This document shows, in pieces, positions 59,211 through 64,000 of a DNA stretch of 64,000 nucleotides. Position 1 is the stretch's first letter, and each line of letters opens with the position of its first letter. Made by a program: the position numbers and the translations under genes. Where the stretch lies: assembly GCF_009914755.1 (NCBI RefSeq), contig NC_060927.1; one strand, written 5' to 3'. The stretch is from the human T2T-CHM13v2.0 reference genome, Homo sapiens. The notes beneath the pieces are model-generated. The model did not search any database. It had not been told where the DNA came from and worked only from the letters and a program-made list of their open reading frames with translations.

Positions 59211-59984
59211 ATGTTTCTGATCAAACATGCTGGAATAAAGAGATAAAATTATCTTTCTATCTTCTTAGTAGAATTGATGTGACAAACATCTTGGCATATG
59301 AAGAGGTAGTCAAGGAATTCGCAGCGAAGAAGAGTACAAAAATACTAGTAAAGTGATGTTTTAGGTAATTATTTAATAAAACATGCTATGTTATTCTGGA
59401 TTTTCTGATGTTTGTGATATTTATCAGCTTTTAGACATTTATATTTCATTGTGATTTATTTTCTTAGTCTAAAACCTCATATTTGTAATCTTGTATTCTT
59501 ATTGTTAATGAGGCCTCCTTTCCTAACTTGCTGAAACTTTAGACCCCAGGAATTCTGGATCCACACCTGGCTGACTTACTATGAATTCTCAGGATAGAGT
59601 TATTTTTCTGTCTAGTAGGGTTGAGACGAGACAGACTAGCATCCTCGTTCTCTCATCTGTGTTGTAGTATTATTTCTTACTAAGATGAGCCCTTTTGGGT
59701 CCCTGCTTTTGCCTGTCTCCTGAATCATCATTAAACTCCAGAGCTCCAAGGTCGCTGAGATTCTGCAGAATTCACAAGTGAACCTGGGAGCTTGCTTGTA
59801 CCCCAGATTTCCCTATTTATTTTCTTTGATTCGGTGGATTCTTTTTCTTTTTCTGACATCTTCACAATATATTTTAAAAGATTTTAAACTTTTTTCCCCC
59901 AAATTTCAGTTGCTTTTAGCAAAAGGGGCTTGGGGTATTTAAACCAATATCCTTTCAGAAATGAAAATGCCTGCAAATCTAATA

Positions 59985-60348
59985 TAGGCATACCTCATTT
60001 TATTGTGCTTTGCTTTATTGAACTGTGCAGATATTGCATTTTTTACAGACTGAAGGTTTGTGGGAATGCTGTGTCGAGTAAGTCTGTTGGTGTCATTTTT
60101 CCAATAACATATGCTCATTCTGTGCCTCTGTGTCAGCCTTTTTAAGCAATAATGTAATTTTTAATTAATGTTTGTACATGATTATTTTTAGACACAATGC
60201 TATTGCACACTTAACAGACTAAAGAATAGTAAATATAACTTTTATATGCACTGGGAAACCAAAAAATTCAGGTGACTCCCTTTATTGTGACATTGGCTTT
60301 ATTGTGATGATCTGGAACCTAACCTGCAGTATCTCCAAGATATGCCTA
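59985..60348 (+). mobile_element. Internally deleted Tigger1
   Basis: Both Tigger1 termini joined near 60135; TA TSDs. Confidence 0.9.
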
Positions 60349-60835
60349 TATTTGAAACCATATAGAATATTTACCCAAGTTGCCAGGATTTTTTTTCCTT
60401 GATACATAAAAAAAACCTCTTTCTCTGTAAGGTTGTTATAATTACAACATGATCTATAAATGTTCCCTCCTTCTAAGACAAAATTTAACATATTTTATCA
60501 TTTATTTCATGACTCTTACATAATAGTGATCATCAGCCATTGTAAGATGCCAAAGTTATGGCCTTCTGTCAGTTCTCAGCCACCAGTAACCTATTAGAGT
60601 TAAATGGATCAGGCCATTGATCTAATTTCAGATATGAGTCACTAAAAATATTAAAGGCGATAAATAATAATGCCATTCATATTCACATTGAGAAAAGAGT
60701 TAGCAAGCTGATTAGGTATCACTAGCTCTTCTGAAAGGAGACCAGGCAGGGTAGGGGAAGCTGCTTCCCCTTCACCCCCCAACCTTCACTCAAGGACTGT
60801 GGAGGAGGTTGCTGCAATGGCGTGGCATTTAGGAT

Positions 60836-60900
60836 TACACACACACACACACACACACACTCTCACACTACACACATACACACACAGATGTGCACACATA
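60836..60900. repeat. (CA)n microsatellite
   Basis: Directly visible. Confidence 0.95.
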
Positions 60901-61269
60901 GTATGAAGGCAGATGATGAGAGTGACCCAGATCAAAGGAAAAATGATTACTAAGATGCCTTTTCCTTCTCTCTCAAAAATAGGCTGCAGAAGGAATGGAA
61001 TCTTCTTACTATTTTGTAGGTTGTGATAGATTGTGCTTAGCATCCAAATCAAATAATACAACATCTTCTCTCAAGAGGTTGCTTCAGTGGCCAGAAAAAT
61101 CAGGGTTCCTATGTCCTCATTTTATTGTAATAGCATCTGCATCAGCTCTACTTTTATTTCATGCCCAGCACAATGAGTCATAGACACCTGCCTGTCAGTT
61201 TGCATCCGCTCTTTTGCATTTTCATTAATAAATGGTGAAGAAGAAGTATACTAGATCATTCCTATAATT

Positions 61270-61279
61270 TATGTATGTG

Positions 61280-61334
<55 letters not shown>
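61270..61334. repeat. (TA)n microsatellite
   Basis: Directly visible. Confidence 0.95.
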
Positions 61335-61749
61335 TCCGAGGAGGCACTTCTACTCATTTAACTCCAGGCAGAAATTCACTATATGGACGGACAATCAACT
61401 GAATTCTGGGAGCAGGCAGTATTGCAAGTTGCTGCCACTGTGACATTGAACTTTGCCCTAGCCACTGTCATGCTGAATGAATTTTTTCATTTAGTCTCCT
61501 TCTGCATGGCATAGTTCAGAGGTGTACAAGAGCCATGCATTCAAGGCCTGCTGAAAGGGAAATCTTTCTTTTATGACTGTTGAGCACCAAGCACAGCATT
61601 ATTACCCTTTTAAAATGACCGGTTGATCATTGGTTCCATAAACTGTGACCATTTATTTTGTACTGTAGAGTCTGTGGTTATAGTGGTGAGTAGGGCATAA
61701 TTCCAGCCCTACAAACGTATACAGTCTAGTTCTAATAGAAGGAAAAAGG

Positions 61750-61910
61750 TAAAACATTACTGAGAGCCTATCATAGTCTGGCTCTTTGTTTATGAGCTAA
61801 TAAGATTCTATTTAAAACTCATGGTAACTCTATAAAGTAAAGCTCATGACTTAAGATTCAAACCCAGTTTCGTCTGATTGCAAAGCTGATATTTTTTCCA
61901 CGACATCCAT
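61750..61910 (-). mobile_element. MIR fragment
   Basis: gattcaaacccagtttcgtctgattgcaaagc. Confidence 0.6.
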
Positions 61911-62704
61911 CTGCATTGGTCAGTTTTATATTTTGGTTGCCAGGTTCTAAATGTGGATAAAAAGACATTTTGGTCTTTTATCTTCCTTTCTTCTGAGTCA
62001 TTTCAAAAGCTTGAAAATGCATACGTATAACACACATTTGGATATGAAGATCACATATTTATGTGTGTGTATGTATACACACGCACATATATATGGTAAT
62101 CATGGAGTCAAGTGAAATTATTTGCATTTAAGTTCATTATTTGAAATTGTTATAGCAAAAGACATAAGTGGTAGACTTCTTTAATTTAACTCATAAATTA
62201 AGGATGTTATATAAAGCTTTTTCTGTTTGTGGTTGTTATATTTTGGGTGACTATTTGGATCTGTGAGATTGCGGACTCAGTGACATTGTCAGCTGTAGTG
62301 GGCTCTATTTTACTTATTTTACTTGACATATAGTAAGGGAAATAATAGTTTTATGCTTAAATCATCTGCTAACTGGCTAAAATGAAGCCTAATTATCCTA
62401 TTTATTAAACTAATTGCTAAACCACTAAGCCAAGGCTGTACATAGGTTTCATGTTGTGTGCCAAATTTGATGGGATGGTAGTAGGTGTCTGAAATAGAGA
62501 GATTTTAATTTTTTTTTTCAGAAGAACAAATTTGAGGTCATGTCTTGCTCAGAGGGAGAAAGTATGCTGGAGGATGTCAGGTATTTGCCTTTACTATTCC
62601 TGGTAAAATTATAAATAGAAAATACCTATGAATATGTCTTTTAGAGTTCATTAATTATTTAGAAAAGCTAGTTGACCAGATACATCTATACAAATACCAT
62701 TACT

Positions 62705-63116
<412 letters not shown>

Positions 63117-64000
63117 TTAATAAAATATACCTTTATGGTTGAAAAGTCAGATTTTATACTCACTAATGATAATCTTGCAACAAAAGAATAGTTAACGCGG
63201 ATAAGTATCTTTGTTTCAGAATTTGATAAAAGAATCATCAATATTGGAAACTATTTTATCCTGATATAAGTGCTTTAAAGATTAAAATGTTAAGGTAATA
63301 AATTAATTAACAGGTTGTTTTCTGTACCAACACATCTCCTTCATAATTGTGTATCAATTATGAGTGTGTTCATTTGCTAAGAACAGAAAATCTGATTTTT
63401 TTTTAGTGGCTTTAATAAAGAAAAAGTTTGTTTTGTTCATACAATGAGAAGTGAGAAGTTGGTAGGTAAGGCTTGTGGGGGATTCCAGGGGATCTGGGTA
63501 GGCTATTAGTGGTGTCCCCACAGAGGCAATTTTAGTAATCTAGAATTCAGCAAAGATAAGAGATAGAGACAGAGATTATATAATATTAGCAAGGGAGAGA
63601 GAGAAAGGGGTGGGGGGTCAGAGAGAATGATGATTATGACAGTGGATATATAGTTTACATATTTTTAAGCTTTTATTAGTAAGTATTCCATGCTCTTTTC
63701 TAAATGGTAATAAGATTCTAAAATAAACAATAAACATATAACAATTTAAATTATAAAGATTAATATTTATCAAGAGGGATTGTTGCAGAGTAGAGAGAAT
63801 CTGAGGCTTCCTTCTCTATGAAATTCAAAATAACACTGGTAGCACTCACCACTTTTTAAAGATGGTATACAGACGGGATAGAAACCCTTGCCAATTCAAA
63901 GAAAGAGAGCAGACCAAGTGTGTAAACCTTCGCTGAGAGCAAATCAGTGCTAAAGAGGTAAACATGTAAAATGGCACTTGCCCCCAAATTTCATATTTAT

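Larger units (their letters stand above)
57700..59570 (+). mobile_element. Zaphod/MER115-like hAT-Tip100 transposon fossil
   Basis: hAT dimerisation-domain translation at 58765-58842; terminus ctggatccacacctg; left boundary uncertain. Confidence 0.7.

Overview
This is primate (likely human or other catarrhine) nuclear DNA, AT-rich and about half interspersed repeats: AluJ/S, L1PA7, L1MA3, L1MD/ME, HAL1, L2, MIR, MaLR/ERVL LTRs, and Tigger and hAT DNA transposons. I see no intact protein-coding gene, RNA gene or CRISPR array; most ORFs in the track are Alu/L1-derived or chance. The main result comes from reading the unique sequence between the repeats. It holds about 21 splice-site-bounded exons on the minus strand (34.1 kb to 3.0 kb, about 610 codons). 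Their phases are compatible at all but one junction, and they carry scattered nonsense codons and at least one frameshift. This looks like an unprocessed, probably unitary, pseudogene of a gene I cannot name. A weaker 8-exon chain runs in the opposite direction on the plus strand (35.9 to 63.3 kb). A CpG-retaining, promoter-like island (35.1-36.0 kb) lies between the two. All exon calls were made by eye and repeat subfamilies are from recalled consensus sequences; both need confirming by alignment.
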